NCBI GenBank assembly: GCA_963805855.1
Contig: CAWDVW010000005.1
Location: 192,001-256,000 of the forward strand
Direction: 5' to 3'
Length of the DNA: 64,000 nt
Source: Candidatus Dadabacteria bacterium
GTDB taxonomy: Bacteria; Desulfobacterota_D; UBA1144; Nemesobacterales; CSP1-2
Part shown: piece after piece, positions 39,340 through 50,121 of the stretch
How positions within the stretch are numbered: position 1 is the stretch's first letter
Layout of the letters: every line of letters begins with the position of its first letter
Position numbers and translations under genes: made by a program
Notes under the pieces: model-generated
What the model was told of the DNA's origin: nothing
Database searches by the model: none
What the model saw: the letters and a program-made list of their open reading frames with translations, nothing else

Positions 39340-40914
39340 ATGATGAAAGAATCTGATAGAAAGATAGCAGAGGGAATCCTATTTACGGATCAATATCAAC
39401 TCACAATGGCTCAGCTTTATTTCCGAATGGGTATACATGAAAAGAAGGTCCAATTTGACCACTTCTTCAGAAGTTATCCAGACTACGGCAACCATCAGGC
39501 GGGATATTGCATCAATGCCGGATTAGAATGGCTCATAGATTGGATGCAAAACACACATTTTCTAGATGAGGATATTGAGTTATTGCGTTCACAAACTGGA
39601 AATTCTGGCAATAAATTGTTTGAGGAAGACTTTCTCAGATGGCTCCGGACAAATGGCTCATTTGAATCAATCTCAATGCTTGCAATACCTGAGGGAAGAG
39701 TCGTCCATCCGAATGTTCCGCTCGCCGTTACACAGGGCTCACTGGCCATGGCTCAGATCCTTGAATCCCCGCTTCTAAACCAATTAAACTACCAAACCCT
39801 CATTGCTACCAAGGCTGCGCGAATACACGAAGCGGGTCGAGGTCAAACATTAATCGAATTCGGGATGCGCCGTGGGCACGAAAAGGGCGTCAATGCTGGG
39901 ATCCGAGCCGCACTAATAGGTGGCGCCGATTTTACATCTACAGTGGGAATATCACACGTTCTAGGGTATCCCCCTAAGGGTACCCACGCCCATAGCATGG
40001 TTCAGGTTTTTATGGCCCTCGGGGAAGGCGAGGTCGGCGCATTTCGAGCATATGCAGACGTCTATCCAGATGACTGCGTGTTATTGGTAGACACAATAAA
40101 TACCATTGAAAGCGGAATACCAAACGCGATAAGGGTTTTTGAAGAACTGAAGCGGAAAGGTCACGAGCCCGTAGGTATCCGTTTGGATTCAGGTGATTTA
40201 GCATATTTGAGCATTCAAGCCGCAAAGATGCTAGATGATGCCGGTTTCCAAAATACCAAGATTGTCTTGTCAAACCAATTGGATGAACTGGTAGTATGGC
40301 AAATAATCACTCAGATTGAAGAAGAGGCACCGAGATATGGCGTCGATGCAGACAATCTGATTCGACGACTTACTTACGGAGTGGGGACAAGGTTAATTTC
40401 TTCAAAAGGAGATTCGGCTCTAGATGGTGTATATAAACTCGTGGGGGTTGAGGAAAGAGGGGAGTGGATCCCGGCAATTAAACTCTCAGAAACTCCATCA
40501 AAAACCCTTAACCCCGGGTTTAAGCATGTATGGAGAATCTATGACACAAGGGGAAAAGCCACGGCTGACCTGTTGAGCCTTGATAGAAACGAACCCATGG
40601 AATCAAATCACCTTACACTACACCACCCGTCAGATCATACTAAATATCGAATCCTGAGCCGAGATAAAATTAACGAGATAGAACCACTTTTGACCGAAGT
40701 TTTGACTGAAGGAAAACTTAATTATGATCAACCATCTATTGAAGAAATCCGAAAAGTCCGTGAAAAAGATATAGATCGACTTGATTCCGGCGTAAAACGC
40801 ATCGTGAACCCTCATATTTATCATGTCTCTCTTTCACAACGTCTCTGGGAGCTAAAAGAGGGTCTCGTAAGATCACTCACCAGGGAAAATAAATTACATA
40901 CTAACACGCGCTAA
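39340..40914 (+). CDS. pncB: Nicotinate phosphoribosyltransferase
   Basis: [44 protein letters not shown]. Confidence 0.96.
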   Translation: MMKESDRKIAEGILFTDQYQLTMAQLYFRMGIHEKKVQFDHFFRSYPDYGNHQAGYCINAGLEWLIDWMQNTHFLDEDIELLRSQTGNSGNKLFEEDFLRWLRTNGSFESISMLAIPEGRVVHPNVPLAVTQGSLAMAQILESPLLNQLNYQTLIATKAARIHEAGRGQTLIEFGMRRGHEKGVNAGIRAALIGGADFTSTVGISHVLGYPPKGTHAHSMVQVFMALGEGEVGAFRAYADVYPDDCVLLVDTINTIESGIPNAIRVFEELKRKGHEPVGIRLDSGDLAYLSIQAAKMLDDAGFQNTKIVLSNQLDELVVWQIITQIEEEAPRYGVDADNLIRRLTYGVGTRLISSKGDSALDGVYKLVGVEERGEWIPAIKLSETPSKTLNPGFKHVWRIYDTRGKATADLLSLDRNEPMESNHLTLHHPSDHTKYRILSRDKINEIEPLLTEVLTEGKLNYDQPSIEEIRKVREKDIDRLDSGVKRIVNPHIYHVSLSQRLWELKEGLVRSLTRENKLHTNTR

Positions 40915-41560
40915 AATCCACCAACCTCGGTTTCCACACCCTTGTGATGAGCCAACCTGCCAAGTCAAAAATCCCTTTGGTTTCTGATATTATCACCGAA
41001 TCTGAAGTAGCGACGAAACCAGCATTTTTTAAAACGTAATCCGGAGACAATACTGTTTCAGCATTTCCAGCTACACGATGTTTACCCATTAAATCATTTA
41101 TCAACGCGCAAAGCTCACCTGAATGAGATATTGGCTTGTCAAAATAAAACTTTGCCTCTCTAAGTCGCAAATAGCAGAGATTTTTGATCAGGATATTCAG
41201 GACCTCAACGGTAATGTCGGTGATTTTATACGATCGATACACCGAAGCGGTATCCCTGACGATACCATCCGTGGCTTTAAAAACAAACCTACCCTTTCTG
41301 TACGACTCTATGGTTATCAACTGATTATATCCATCAATTTCAAGCAAACTGCCATTGACGTTCTTTTCACTCAATAATCTATTCATTCTGCTTCTTATTT
41401 CTTTTTTTGTAAAAAATCCCCTATAAAGGACGTTCCTTTCATCATTATTAAGCTGAAAACGGTTTCCAATAATATCTAAAATAGATTTAATTGAATAACC
41501 TCTCCTCTTTAAATAGAGGTAATCCCTACTGGAAGCTATGACTTTGTCTACACTAACCAC
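40901..41560 (-). CDS. DUF434 domain protein
   Basis: D..YL..RGY, GNRFQL...[37 protein letters not shown]. Confidence 0.88.
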   Translation of the reverse strand: MVSVDKVIASSRDYLYLKRRGYSIKSILDIIGNRFQLNNDERNVLYRGFFTKKEIRSRMNRLLSEKNVNGSLLEIDGYNQLITIESYRKGRFVFKATDGIVRDTASVYRSYKITDITVEVLNILIKNLCYLRLREAKFYFDKPISHSGELCALINDLMGKHRVAGNAETVLSPDYVLKNAGFVATSDSVIISETKGIFDLAGWLITRVWKPRLVDFSAC

Positions 41561-41698
41561 TGTTCTATAAAGTTTGAATTCTATTTCTGGTTGAGTAAAG
41601 CTAAGTTAAAGAAAAAGTAAATTTAGTTTATTAATGATTTTAGACTTCAATAGAAAATAACAGAAGGGATAAATTGCAAAAATATTCTGAAATAATTT

Positions 41699-42991
41699 TC
41701 AACGAAACACCGCTAAAAGCATCCCTGCAGCAACTGCAGAACCGATCACTCCGGCGACATTCGGACCCATCGCATGCATTAGAAGCGTGTTTTGAGGATC
41801 TTCTCTAGTTCCCATTTCCTGAGACACACGGGCCGCCATCGGAACAGCAGACACACCAGCCGAGCCAATTAGAGGATTTATTTTCTCTTTAAAAAACACA
41901 TTCATAAATTTTGCCATTATGACCCCTGATGCGGTACCAATTCCGAACGCTATAATTCCCAGTATAAGAATACCGAGTGTTTCCACTGACAAGAATTGTT
42001 CCGCAGAAAGCTTTGATCCCACACCTAATCCAAGGAAAATTGTAGTAATATTCAAAAGCGCATTTCTGGTCGTATCAGAAAGCCTTTCCACAACGCCGGA
42101 TTCCCTCATCAGATTTCCAAACATAAAAAAGCCAATCAATGGCGAAGCCGAGGGCAAGAGTATCATGCATACACCCAATGTTATTAATGGAAAAAGAATC
42201 TTCTCTGTTTTCCCAACTGGACGAAGCTGCTTCATCCTGATTTTTCTTTCTTTAGTAGTCGTAAGCAATTTCATTATCGGCGGCTGTATAATCGGAACCA
42301 GGGCCATATACGAATATGCAGCGACCGATATGGCACCTAACAGTCTTGGTGATAACTGTGAACTCAAATATATAGCAGTCGGTCCGTCAGCGCCTCCAAT
42401 TATTCCAATCGACGCTGCATCCCTCAATGAAAAATGGACTTGAGGAAATAAGTACGATAAGGCAATTGCTCCAACAAGTGTCGTAAAAATTCCAAACTGC
42501 GCAGCTCCACCCAACAGGATTGTCTTAGGGTTCGCAAGCAGTGGCCCGAAATCCGTCAAAGCGCCAATGCCCATAAATATGATTAAGGGAGCCACCCCTG
42601 TTTTTATCCCTATATTATAGATGTAATAGATTATCCCGCCTGGCTCATCCATCCCTGCTAACGGTATATTTGATAATAGACATCCAAAGGATATGGTAAC
42701 CAAAAGGAGGGGTTCAAATTTCTTTACAATACCCAGATAGAGCAAAAAGAACCCAACCACAATCATCAAAAGACGGCCATATCCCTGGCTGAATGATTTG
42801 GCGTTCCCCTGGATAAAGCCACCGATCCCCGTCGATTCTCCAATATTTTTTATTAGTTTTTTTATGGAGGGAAGTGATTCTTTGATTTCAGCCGGTTGCG
42901 GTTCTGAACTAATTTGCGAGGAATGGACAGTTTGAGATGATACTAAAACGCCGAATATCACAAAGATAATAAAAAAGGAATTTTTCAACAA
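41699..42991 (-). CDS. oadB: Na+-translocating decarboxylase beta subunit
   Basis: [48 protein letters not shown]. Confidence 0.96.
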   Translation of the reverse strand: MLKNSFFIIFVIFGVLVSSQTVHSSQISSEPQPAEIKESLPSIKKLIKNIGESTGIGGFIQGNAKSFSQGYGRLLMIVVGFFLLYLGIVKKFEPLLLVTISFGCLLSNIPLAGMDEPGGIIYYIYNIGIKTGVAPLIIFMGIGALTDFGPLLANPKTILLGGAAQFGIFTTLVGAIALSYLFPQVHFSLRDAASIGIIGGADGPTAIYLSSQLSPRLLGAISVAAYSYMALVPIIQPPIMKLLTTTKERKIRMKQLRPVGKTEKILFPLITLGVCMILLPSASPLIGFFMFGNLMRESGVVERLSDTTRNALLNITTIFLGLGVGSKLSAEQFLSVETLGILILGIIAFGIGTASGVIMAKFMNVFFKEKINPLIGSAGVSAVPMAARVSQEMGTREDPQNTLLMHAMGPNVAGVIGSAVAAGMLLAVFR

Positions 42992-42999
42992 CGGCCTCG

Positions 43000-44808
43000 T
43001 TACTGACTGATAGTCAAAAGTAGCTGTCCGACTTCAACTACTTCGCCAAGCTTAACTTCAATTGAATTAACCTTTCCATTACATGGGCTTGCTACGGGAG
43101 TTTCCATCTTCATAGCTTCGAGAACAATGAGTGTATCGTTTTCAGTAACGATATCACCTGGTTTTACAGCTACCTTATAAACATTTCCAGGCAGGCTTGA
43201 TATAACAGGAATAACATTATTGGAAGATGCGGCCCGTTCTTCAATCTTATGAGTGGAAAGATCTGAAACCTTTTGAATCTCCGAACTTCCCTGCCTTACG
43301 GTTACTTGATAATCTCTCCCCTCAACCGTTACTATGAAGCTCTCCGTTTCCCTTCCATCAGACACAGACCTCACAGGCGGGGTAGTCTTTGTCTCTTTCG
43401 GCTCTTCGGCAGATACCTTCCTAACGCTGATGGAGAAATTTCCTTTTAAAAAATCCAGCCCCTTGTTCCCTCCGGGAGTAGCGAGAGCACCAACCGTAAA
43501 TATATTTTCATCAGTTACTGGAAGACCTTCTTTCTCAAGAATCTCCTTTGCTTTTGGTATTCCTGGCTCCAGTATTTCCAAAGGATCTCCATCAAACCTA
43601 GGTTTCCCCAGTTGCGTTTCAGCGATCTTCACTACGTCGGGATCTGGATCAACCGGAGTGCGTCCGAAATAACCGAGCACCATATCGCCGTATCCATCGG
43701 TAATCTTTTTCCATGGTCCCTGTGTAACATTTGCATAGGCCTGCTGGAAATAGAACTGAGATACAGGAGTAACCGAAGTCCCGTAGCCTCCCTTCGCGAC
43801 ACATTCTGACATCGCCTCAATCACCTTCGGGTATAGATGAAGGGTTCCGGTATCTCTCATCATCATCGTATTTGCGGTTAAAGCCCCACCCGGCATAGGA
43901 GAGAGCAGAACCTCTGAGGAAACCCTCAGCGCCTCAGGAGGAAAGTAATAATCCTTCATACATTCCTTGAATACAGAGTTGGCCTCCATAATCTTATTAA
44001 TGTCCACGTCCAAGGTATAATCTGTTCCCTTAAGAGCGTTCCACATCGATATAAGATCGGGCTGCGAGGTGCCACCAGAAACCGGTGCACGAGCAACGCA
44101 GATGCCGTCCGCGCCCGCCTCCATCGCTGCAACATACTGCTGTACGCCTTGAGAGGCGGTTTCATGAGAATGAGCCCAGAGAATTACCTGATCTCCAACT
44201 ATTTTTCTGGCACCCTTGACAGTCTCATAGAATTTTCTCGGATGTGACGTACCTGAAGCATCTTTAAAACATATTGAATCGAATGGTATTCCCAAATCCA
44301 ATATCTCTCTCAAAGTCTTTAGGTAAAAATCTGCATCATGAGCACCACTGCACCCTGGCGGGAGTTCCATCAATGTTATAACAACCTGATGATGAAGGCC
44401 TGCATCTTTTATACACCTGCCCGAATATGCCAAATTACGCGCATCATTCAGTGCATCAAAATTTCTGATGTGGGTAATGCCATGTTTTTTAAACATCTTT
44501 GCGTGAAGGTCAATCATATCTTTGGGCTGCTGTGAAAGAGCAACAACATTTATGCCCCTGGCCAGTGTTTGAAGATTCGTATCGGGTCCAGCCGCATTTC
44601 TAAATGCATCCATCATGTCAAATGCCGATTCGCCACAGTATAAAAATAAGCTCTGAAACCTGGCGCCTCCACCTGCCTCAAAATGATAAACTCCAGCGTG
44701 CACAGCCGCTTCAACAGCTGGGATAAAATCTTCGGTCAGAACGCGAGCGCCGAAAAAGGATTGGAAACCGTCTCGGAAGGATGTGTCCTGAAATAGAATT
44801 TTCTTCAT
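43000..44808 (-). CDS. oadA: Oxaloacetate decarboxylase alpha subunit (carboxyltransferase plus biotin carrier)
   Basis: RDGFQS, FDALND, KDASG, HSH, MPGG, VTPVSQ, EAMKME. Confidence 0.92.
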   Translation of the reverse strand: MKKILFQDTSFRDGFQSFFGARVLTEDFIPAVEAAVHAGVYHFEAGGGARFQSLFLYCGESAFDMMDAFRNAAGPDTNLQTLARGINVVALSQQPKDMIDLHAKMFKKHGITHIRNFDALNDARNLAYSGRCIKDAGLHHQVVITLMELPPGCSGAHDADFYLKTLREILDLGIPFDSICFKDASGTSHPRKFYETVKGARKIVGDQVILWAHSHETASQGVQQYVAAMEAGADGICVARAPVSGGTSQPDLISMWNALKGTDYTLDVDINKIMEANSVFKECMKDYYFPPEALRVSSEVLLSPMPGGALTANTMMMRDTGTLHLYPKVIEAMSECVAKGGYGTSVTPVSQFYFQQAYANVTQGPWKKITDGYGDMVLGYFGRTPVDPDPDVVKIAETQLGKPRFDGDPLEILEPGIPKAKEILEKEGLPVTDENIFTVGALATPGGNKGLDFLKGNFSISVRKVSAEEPKETKTTPPVRSVSDGRETESFIVTVEGRDYQVTVRQGSSEIQKVSDLSTHKIEERAASSNNVIPVISSLPGNVYKVAVKPGDIVTENDTLIVLEAMKMETPVASPCNGKVNSIEVKLGEVVEVGQLLLTISQ

Positions 44809-44826
44809 TTATAACTACCCTCAATT

Positions 44827-45048
44827 CTATTGTTTTCTTCTCGACCTGTATGCAGCAATAGCTGCTGAAATAACCGGGATTGGAAGATGCATTCGCCTAC
44901 CTTCTTCAACCGGTAGCTTTTGAAATTCTACCCTATGCTTAAAAATCCTCGAAGAAATCATGATTAGAACCATGAGTAAAATCAGGAAGACATACACTAT
45001 GGTCATACCGATGATTGTTAATTTCAATCCTTCATAAACTAATTCCAT
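44827..45048 (-). CDS. oadG: Decarboxylase gamma subunit
   Basis: GMTIVYVFLILL TM segment and VISAAIAAY; first gene of oadGAB. Confidence 0.88.
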   Translation of the reverse strand: MELVYEGLKLTIIGMTIVYVFLILLMVLIMISSRIFKHRVEFQKLPVEEGRRMHLPIPVISAAIAAYRSRRKQ

Positions 45049-45112
45049 ATTTGTGCGCGGATATAGAGTCTAATTACCTTAGCTGAAAATTTCAACAAAA
45101 GTTAACAACATA

Positions 45113-46195
45113 CTAATTTTTTTTCCTGGTTTCCAAAGCCTTTATAACTGAGTCAATCTTTGAACCTAGATAGTCCTGTTTTTCTCTGAGCTCTTCAATC
45201 GAATTCATGATCATCTTATGATTCTCGCTAGAGATTACGTATTCACCGTTGTCAACAAATCTCTCGGCACGACCCATCTCACCTATTTTCAAACTGAGAA
45301 TATCGGGTCTCGAGAAATGACCGACCGAATCAATCACGGCCTTTGCACGTATGATCATATCCATATCAATTTCCGCATACAATATCCCCTCGCAATCGTA
45401 CAGAGGACCTGCTATATATTCGGCTCTGGGGTTTATTATTCCACTACCTCCAGGGAAATCCCAGGTCGTGAACTTCTTAAGTGGGAAACTATCCGGAATC
45501 ATGTCTTCGTTAATGTAACCCGAAGCTACAATCACAAATACCTGTCCCTCAAAGGCATATTCCCTACTGGCGCAGTCCATCGTGGGTTTAACAAATCCAT
45601 GACCGGCCCAGAGTCCTGCATGGACTTGCTCACCTTTCATAAACATTGCGTACTTCGCGAGGGTAATGTGGTGCTCATAACAAAAAAACCCGCCAAGCTT
45701 TCCAAGCTCAGTTTGGAAAACTCCAATGTCCTCTGCACCACCCATACCCCATATACACTTTTCACTGTCAATCGAAAGAAGCTTTCTGTGCTTGCCTATA
45801 ATCGCGCCTGTTTTATCGATGTAAAGTATCGTGTTGTATAATGTACCCCCTTCCCTTTCATTTACTCCGATTATTAAATGAGAGCCTGCCTTCAGAGCAG
45901 CAGATGAAAGCCTTTCCGTATCTTCGCTCGGGATCTCCACCGAGTTTTTATAAAGCTCCATGTAGGCATCCAACACAAGCTTCCTTTCAGGGCCGGTCCC
46001 CAAATCCTTAGGCCAGTATGGATACGCCGGGATAAACGCCTCGGGAAATACTATTAAATCCGCTCCATTTTCTCTAGCCTCTTCAATCAAACTGCAAACC
46101 TTTCCTATGGTCTCACGCTTGTTCAAGAAAACCGGCGCAGCCTGAACAGCTGCTGCAATATATTTTTGCTTTGGGCTCTCCATAGATATCACCAA
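45113..46195 (-). CDS. Nitrilase (carbon-nitrogen hydrolase)
   Basis: AAVQAAP, FPEAF (Glu), HRKL (Lys), CYEH (Cys), D.VGHFSRPD; C-terminal coiled-coil extension. Confidence 0.92.
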   Translation of the reverse strand: MVISMESPKQKYIAAAVQAAPVFLNKRETIGKVCSLIEEARENGADLIVFPEAFIPAYPYWPKDLGTGPERKLVLDAYMELYKNSVEIPSEDTERLSSAALKAGSHLIIGVNEREGGTLYNTILYIDKTGAIIGKHRKLLSIDSEKCIWGMGGAEDIGVFQTELGKLGGFFCYEHHITLAKYAMFMKGEQVHAGLWAGHGFVKPTMDCASREYAFEGQVFVIVASGYINEDMIPDSFPLKKFTTWDFPGGSGIINPRAEYIAGPLYDCEGILYAEIDMDMIIRAKAVIDSVGHFSRPDILSLKIGEMGRAERFVDNGEYVISSENHKMIMNSIEELREKQDYLGSKIDSVIKALETRKKN

Positions 46196-46390
46196 TTAAA
46201 ACTCAACCGCTATTAGCAGAATAAGCTAATTAGAAGATATACGACATTATCGCAGTAATCATAGTATCTTGTCAACATCTTGTATAAGGATTACCCAATG
46301 GCGCGTTCGGAGAACACACCCTGCATTCTCGCAAATATTAGAGGGATAGTAATGTCCAACGTATAGTGGTTTTTATAAATGCTCATTCGA

Positions 46391-46415
46391 TTGGCGGGTT
46401 TCCCAACCCCGCCAA
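46391..46415 (-). repeat. REP-like hairpin related to 29176
   Basis: Minus strand TTGGCGGGGTTGGGAAACCCGCCAA. Confidence 0.55.
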
Positions 46416-46431
46416 AAAAATTCTACGGCAG

Positions 46432-46994
46432 TGAAACTCCCTGCTACACGCTGCCGGGTATCGTAATAGAAACTGAAAGTCTCACCTGTTATTGCCGTAG
46501 ATATTACATAATTCGCGGACAGTATCTTAGATCTCAAGTGGGCATTCAAAAAATTGCCAAAATCAATTCCGGAAGCGTTAAAAAAAGTGACAGTCATTAC
46601 TGTCATCTCGAAGGAACACTTCGACGTAGCTCAGTACAGCCTCCGTGACTGAGAGAACTAATTAATTAAAGCAATAGATATTTCGCATTCGCTCAATACG
46701 CAAGCGTTTTTTGACAGCCCTTGATCTTTGTTTCTTTGTATCAAGACAAAGAAAATAAAAGATTAAACAATGGATCCCCGCTTAAAACATTCGAGGATGA
46801 CGGATGAGCAAATTTCCAGGAAATTTATTATTTTTAGGATCTTGTCCACGAAATATCTAACATCTACAATTGCAAGGAGCAACGCGACGAAGCAATCTAG
46901 ACATGAGATTGCTTCACGGAGCCTGCACTGAGGAATGCGAATGTGTTCGCAATGACAGGCCAAGGAAACCCTGCAGCGAGCCACAGGGAATTCA
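46432..46994 (+). mobile_element. Nested non-autonomous element, copy B (core inverted)
   Basis: Flanks colinear with copy A; core 46496-46868, between ATTGC repeats at 46491 and 46869, is the reverse complement of core A with a different central insert. Confidence 0.88.
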
Positions 46995-47033
46995 GTGGTT
47001 AAACGGGATACATCCCAAAATATTCGGCACCAA

Positions 47034-47939
47034 TTACGCTGGCAACACTGTTGCGAATTTAAGAGAAGGCCTGATCTCGGTTGAAAAGAATTCCATTGTA
47101 TGGATGATATCCTCAAACCTTCCGCCCAGAATCTGAAACACTAGGTGTGACACTCCGCTCTTAGAATATAATTCGATGCCTTTTGATATCATCTCAGGAG
47201 TATCGCGAAGCGGCTCGCGGAGATCGGGCTTCTTCTTTCTTGATTTATAAATTTGCAGATTTTTTCTCAATGATATCACGAAATTTGACGATCTTTTTTC
47301 AGATCGCAATTCGCCCACGGCCCTTCTCTTTTCTTGAATCTCACCGGGTGTAAGGCCCACAGGATGCCACCCATTTCCAAGCGTAATCGCTCTTCTAAGA
47401 GCCACCAGACCGTTACCACCGATCCATAAGGGTGGATGAGGTTTTTGAATAGGCTTTGGGAAAAACTTAATATTAGAAAAATTAAAATACTTTCCCCGAT
47501 AACTTGGCTCCTCGTTAGACCAGAGGTTTTTTAACACATCTATACACTCATCGGTAATCGGACCTCGATCTATGTAAGAAACGCCTAGCGCATCAAATTC
47601 GTCTTCTAGCCATCCTACTCCAACACCCAATGTAAGCCTCCCACCACAAAGGACGTCAAGCGTTGAAATCATCTTTGCAAGAACAATTGGATTCCTATAC
47701 GGAAGAATAATCACACTAGTTCCAAGTTGAATGGACCTTGTCTTAGCAGAAACAAAAGACAATGTTGCCAGAGGGTCGTAAAAGACATCGCCAAAACCCT
47801 TATGCGATTCCGGAATTATAATATGATCGCTCACCCATAAAGAATCGAATCCAAGATCCTCGGCAGATATCGCAATATCAAGGATCGATTCCCTTTGTGC
47901 ATATCTACCGAAATTAGGAAGAGCTATTCCAAACTTCAT
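47034..47939 (-). CDS. LLM-class (probably F420-dependent) oxidoreductase
   Basis: GFDSLWVSDH, LGTSVIILPYRNP, GVGVGW..EF..LG, PKPIQKPHPPLWIGG. Confidence 0.9.
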   Translation of the reverse strand: MKFGIALPNFGRYAQRESILDIAISAEDLGFDSLWVSDHIIIPESHKGFGDVFYDPLATLSFVSAKTRSIQLGTSVIILPYRNPIVLAKMISTLDVLCGGRLTLGVGVGWLEDEFDALGVSYIDRGPITDECIDVLKNLWSNEEPSYRGKYFNFSNIKFFPKPIQKPHPPLWIGGNGLVALRRAITLGNGWHPVGLTPGEIQEKRRAVGELRSEKRSSNFVISLRKNLQIYKSRKKKPDLREPLRDTPEMISKGIELYSKSGVSHLVFQILGGRFEDIIHTMEFFSTEIRPSLKFATVLPA

Positions 47940-48060
47940 TTCTAAGTTAATTTAAGCAAGTAAAAAAAAAGATTTTAACTCCGATGTCTATTTTAAAAAA
48001 TCACGGGAACAGGAAAAGAAAAGGCAATTTTCAGGAAGAAAGATATCATAATTGCAGTAT

Positions 48061-48768
48061 TTAACTCTGGCTCAAAAAATACATCTCGTCGTCAAGAAAG
48101 CTCTTAAAGCTAAGAACCTTCCTAACATACCTAGGCAATTTTATACTGAGATATCTATTACTCTCAAACCTGCTGGGTCCATAATAATAGGCAAAAAGAG
48201 CATCCTCGATATTGTCAAAACGACCCTCTAACAATGAAAGGTAATATATTCCAAGCCTTACATTAAGGAATGGGTCGTGAAGCTCCTTTTTACCACTGAT
48301 TGAAATACCAAGTTTTTCAGCCAGGTATTCAGCAGTCGAAGGCATTACTTGCATAAGCCCAATAGCCCCTTTATCGGAAACAGCCGTCGGTGAAAAATTG
48401 CTCTCTACCTGAATTATCGCAAGGACAAGTGAAGGATCAATTTCATAATTGTCACATTCTTCAATAATCAGTTTGGCCAGCTTCTTTGCCTGTGACGAAG
48501 ATATGTCATCTGAAAATCTTAAAATTAATTTTAAGATATCATTTTCACTCGGTCGGGAAGTGGCTATGTCGCCATTTAAATTCCCATTTTCATATTTCGG
48601 TGGATACGGTTTTAGAAATGTGCTCAGAGTCCTGTTCGCCTGCTGATTCGATATAAAACCAAGTTTATGCAATATAAAAAAGGAAAAGATAATGACTGAG
48701 AATAGAAAAATAATTTTAGAAACGCCAAAAAAATATAAAATGAAGCTGTTGTGAAATCTCTTAAACAT
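48061..48768 (-). CDS. Membrane-anchored lytic transglycosylase (SLT domain)
   Basis: LVLAIIQVESNF, AVSDKGAIGLMQVMP.TA, DP..NV..G..YL, AY..GP. Confidence 0.93.
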   Translation of the reverse strand: MFKRFHNSFILYFFGVSKIIFLFSVIIFSFFILHKLGFISNQQANRTLSTFLKPYPPKYENGNLNGDIATSRPSENDILKLILRFSDDISSSQAKKLAKLIIEECDNYEIDPSLVLAIIQVESNFSPTAVSDKGAIGLMQVMPSTAEYLAEKLGISISGKKELHDPFLNVRLGIYYLSLLEGRFDNIEDALFAYYYGPSRFESNRYLSIKLPRYVRKVLSFKSFLDDEMYFLSQS

Positions 48769-49343
48769 TTTAACACCTCCTCTACATCTGCCCTGTCTAT
48801 CAGACTTTCATTTAACTCTTTTTTATTTAAGCGTCAATTCATCTTAGCAGCCCCTAGGACATCATTAACCGAAAGACTAGATAGGCCAAATTTTGTTATA
48901 AATAGTTTCAAATTATTTTTTTTGTTATTTAGAGCAAATCAGGTAATAAATATAAGACAGAGACTTTTCGCAACCATTTTTATAATCTAAGTCAATCAAA
49001 TAACCGTTGTATAAAATACTACTGATAAAACATATGTCAAGTGAGTTATTCGCAAGTGCGAAATGAAGAGAAAACATATTATTCAGTCTTCACATTTAAA
49101 GTCCTATAGTTTTTCTGATTGAAAAGGAATATTTCTTGATTCGAGTTTGTGATAAAAATGTAAGTTCATATCGATAAAAAAGATCTAAGACATCTATTTC
49201 TCCGGAATATCACATAAATTAAATTGCCAATGACAATGGGCTATTAAGCCTCGGTTCACTGGTCGATTTCGTTTAGCCATGGGATTAGTTTAAATACCGT
49301 CATCAGCTCAATACATTATGCCAATTCGTGTCCTAAAGTAGCC

Positions 49344-49372
49344 TTGACCTTTATTTTATTTCGTGTTAGGTT
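49344..49372 (+). promoter_or_regulatory. Sigma-70 promoter of the rpmH operon
   Basis: TTGACC-N17-TAGGTT with a TGn extension, 13 bp before the ATG. Confidence 0.55.
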
Positions 49373-49385
49373 TTAGGGCTTAATC

Positions 49386-49535
49386 ATGAAGAGGACGTAT
49401 CAACCTCATAGCAAAAAAAGATTGAGAGTGCACGGCTTCCGCGAAAGAATGACAACAAAGGGGGGAAGACGCACTCTGAAGAGAAGGATGGCTAAAGGGA
49501 GACACAGTCTCACGGTTCAGGCCTGGAAGAAATGA
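49386..49535 (+). CDS. rpmH: 50S ribosomal protein L34 (not in ORF track)
   Basis: [53 protein letters not shown] overlap with rnpA. Confidence 0.97.
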   Translation: MKRTYQPHSKKRLRVHGFRERMTTKGGRRTLKRRMAKGRHSLTVQAWKK

Positions 49536-49888
49536 ATTTTCCTTCAAGACTCAAATTCCCAAATAAAAATATAATCCGCAAAAGCCATGATTTTAGAGAA
49601 GTTTTTAAGAAGGGTAACACGTGCACTACAAAAAACTTCATTGTCCACTTTAATAATAATTCACTTGGATACCCAAGACTCGGAGTAGTTATTGGAAAGA
49701 AACTATTTGCAAGTGCGGTAAAGAGAAACCGATTAAAGAGATTAATAAGAGAAGTATTCAGAAAAAACAAACTTCAGTTTAATTCCTTTGACTTAGTGAT
49801 CGTCGCTAGTAAAAAAAACGCGGAAACCCTAAATTACGACAATACTCGAAAAGAGATTTGTGATAGAATTAATTTGAAACCCTCATGA
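49532..49888 (+). CDS. rnpA: Ribonuclease P protein component
   Basis: [25 protein letters not shown]; synteny. Confidence 0.96.
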   Translation: MNFPSRLKFPNKNIIRKSHDFREVFKKGNTCTTKNFIVHFNNNSLGYPRLGVVIGKKLFASAVKRNRLKRLIREVFRKNKLQFNSFDLVIVASKKNAETLNYDNTRKEICDRINLKPS

Positions 49889-50106
49889 CGAATAATGCTA
49901 TAAAATTTATAATCGTGTTTTTGCTAAAGATATATAAATACACGATTTCCACCATATTACCTCCATCGTGTCGATTTCACCCAAGCTGCTCAGAGTACGC
50001 ACTATCCGCTATTAACAAACACGGTGTTCCAAGGGGTGTCTGGTATACAATCAAGAGAATCGCAAGATGTCATCCTTTTGGGAATGGAGGGTATGACCCA
50101 GTCTGA
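49885..50106 (+). CDS. yidD: Membrane protein insertion efficiency factor
   Basis: CRFHPSCSEY, RIARCHPF..GGYDPV. Confidence 0.96.
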   Translation: MTNNAIKFIIVFLLKIYKYTISTILPPSCRFHPSCSEYALSAINKHGVPRGVWYTIKRIARCHPFGNGGYDPV

Positions 50107-50121
50107 CGCAAGGTTAAGGGG

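Noticed and set aside
46373-47136. ORF-track ORFs at 46373-46648, 46763-47136 and 56509-56826
   Set aside because: They translate palindromic repeat DNA; no RBS or family motifs
49230-49330. Riboswitch upstream of the lytic transglycosylase (GCTGATGAC on minus strand)
   Set aside because: Other conserved elements of fluoride, c-di-AMP or c-di-GMP aptamers not found by eye; an Rfam scan would decide
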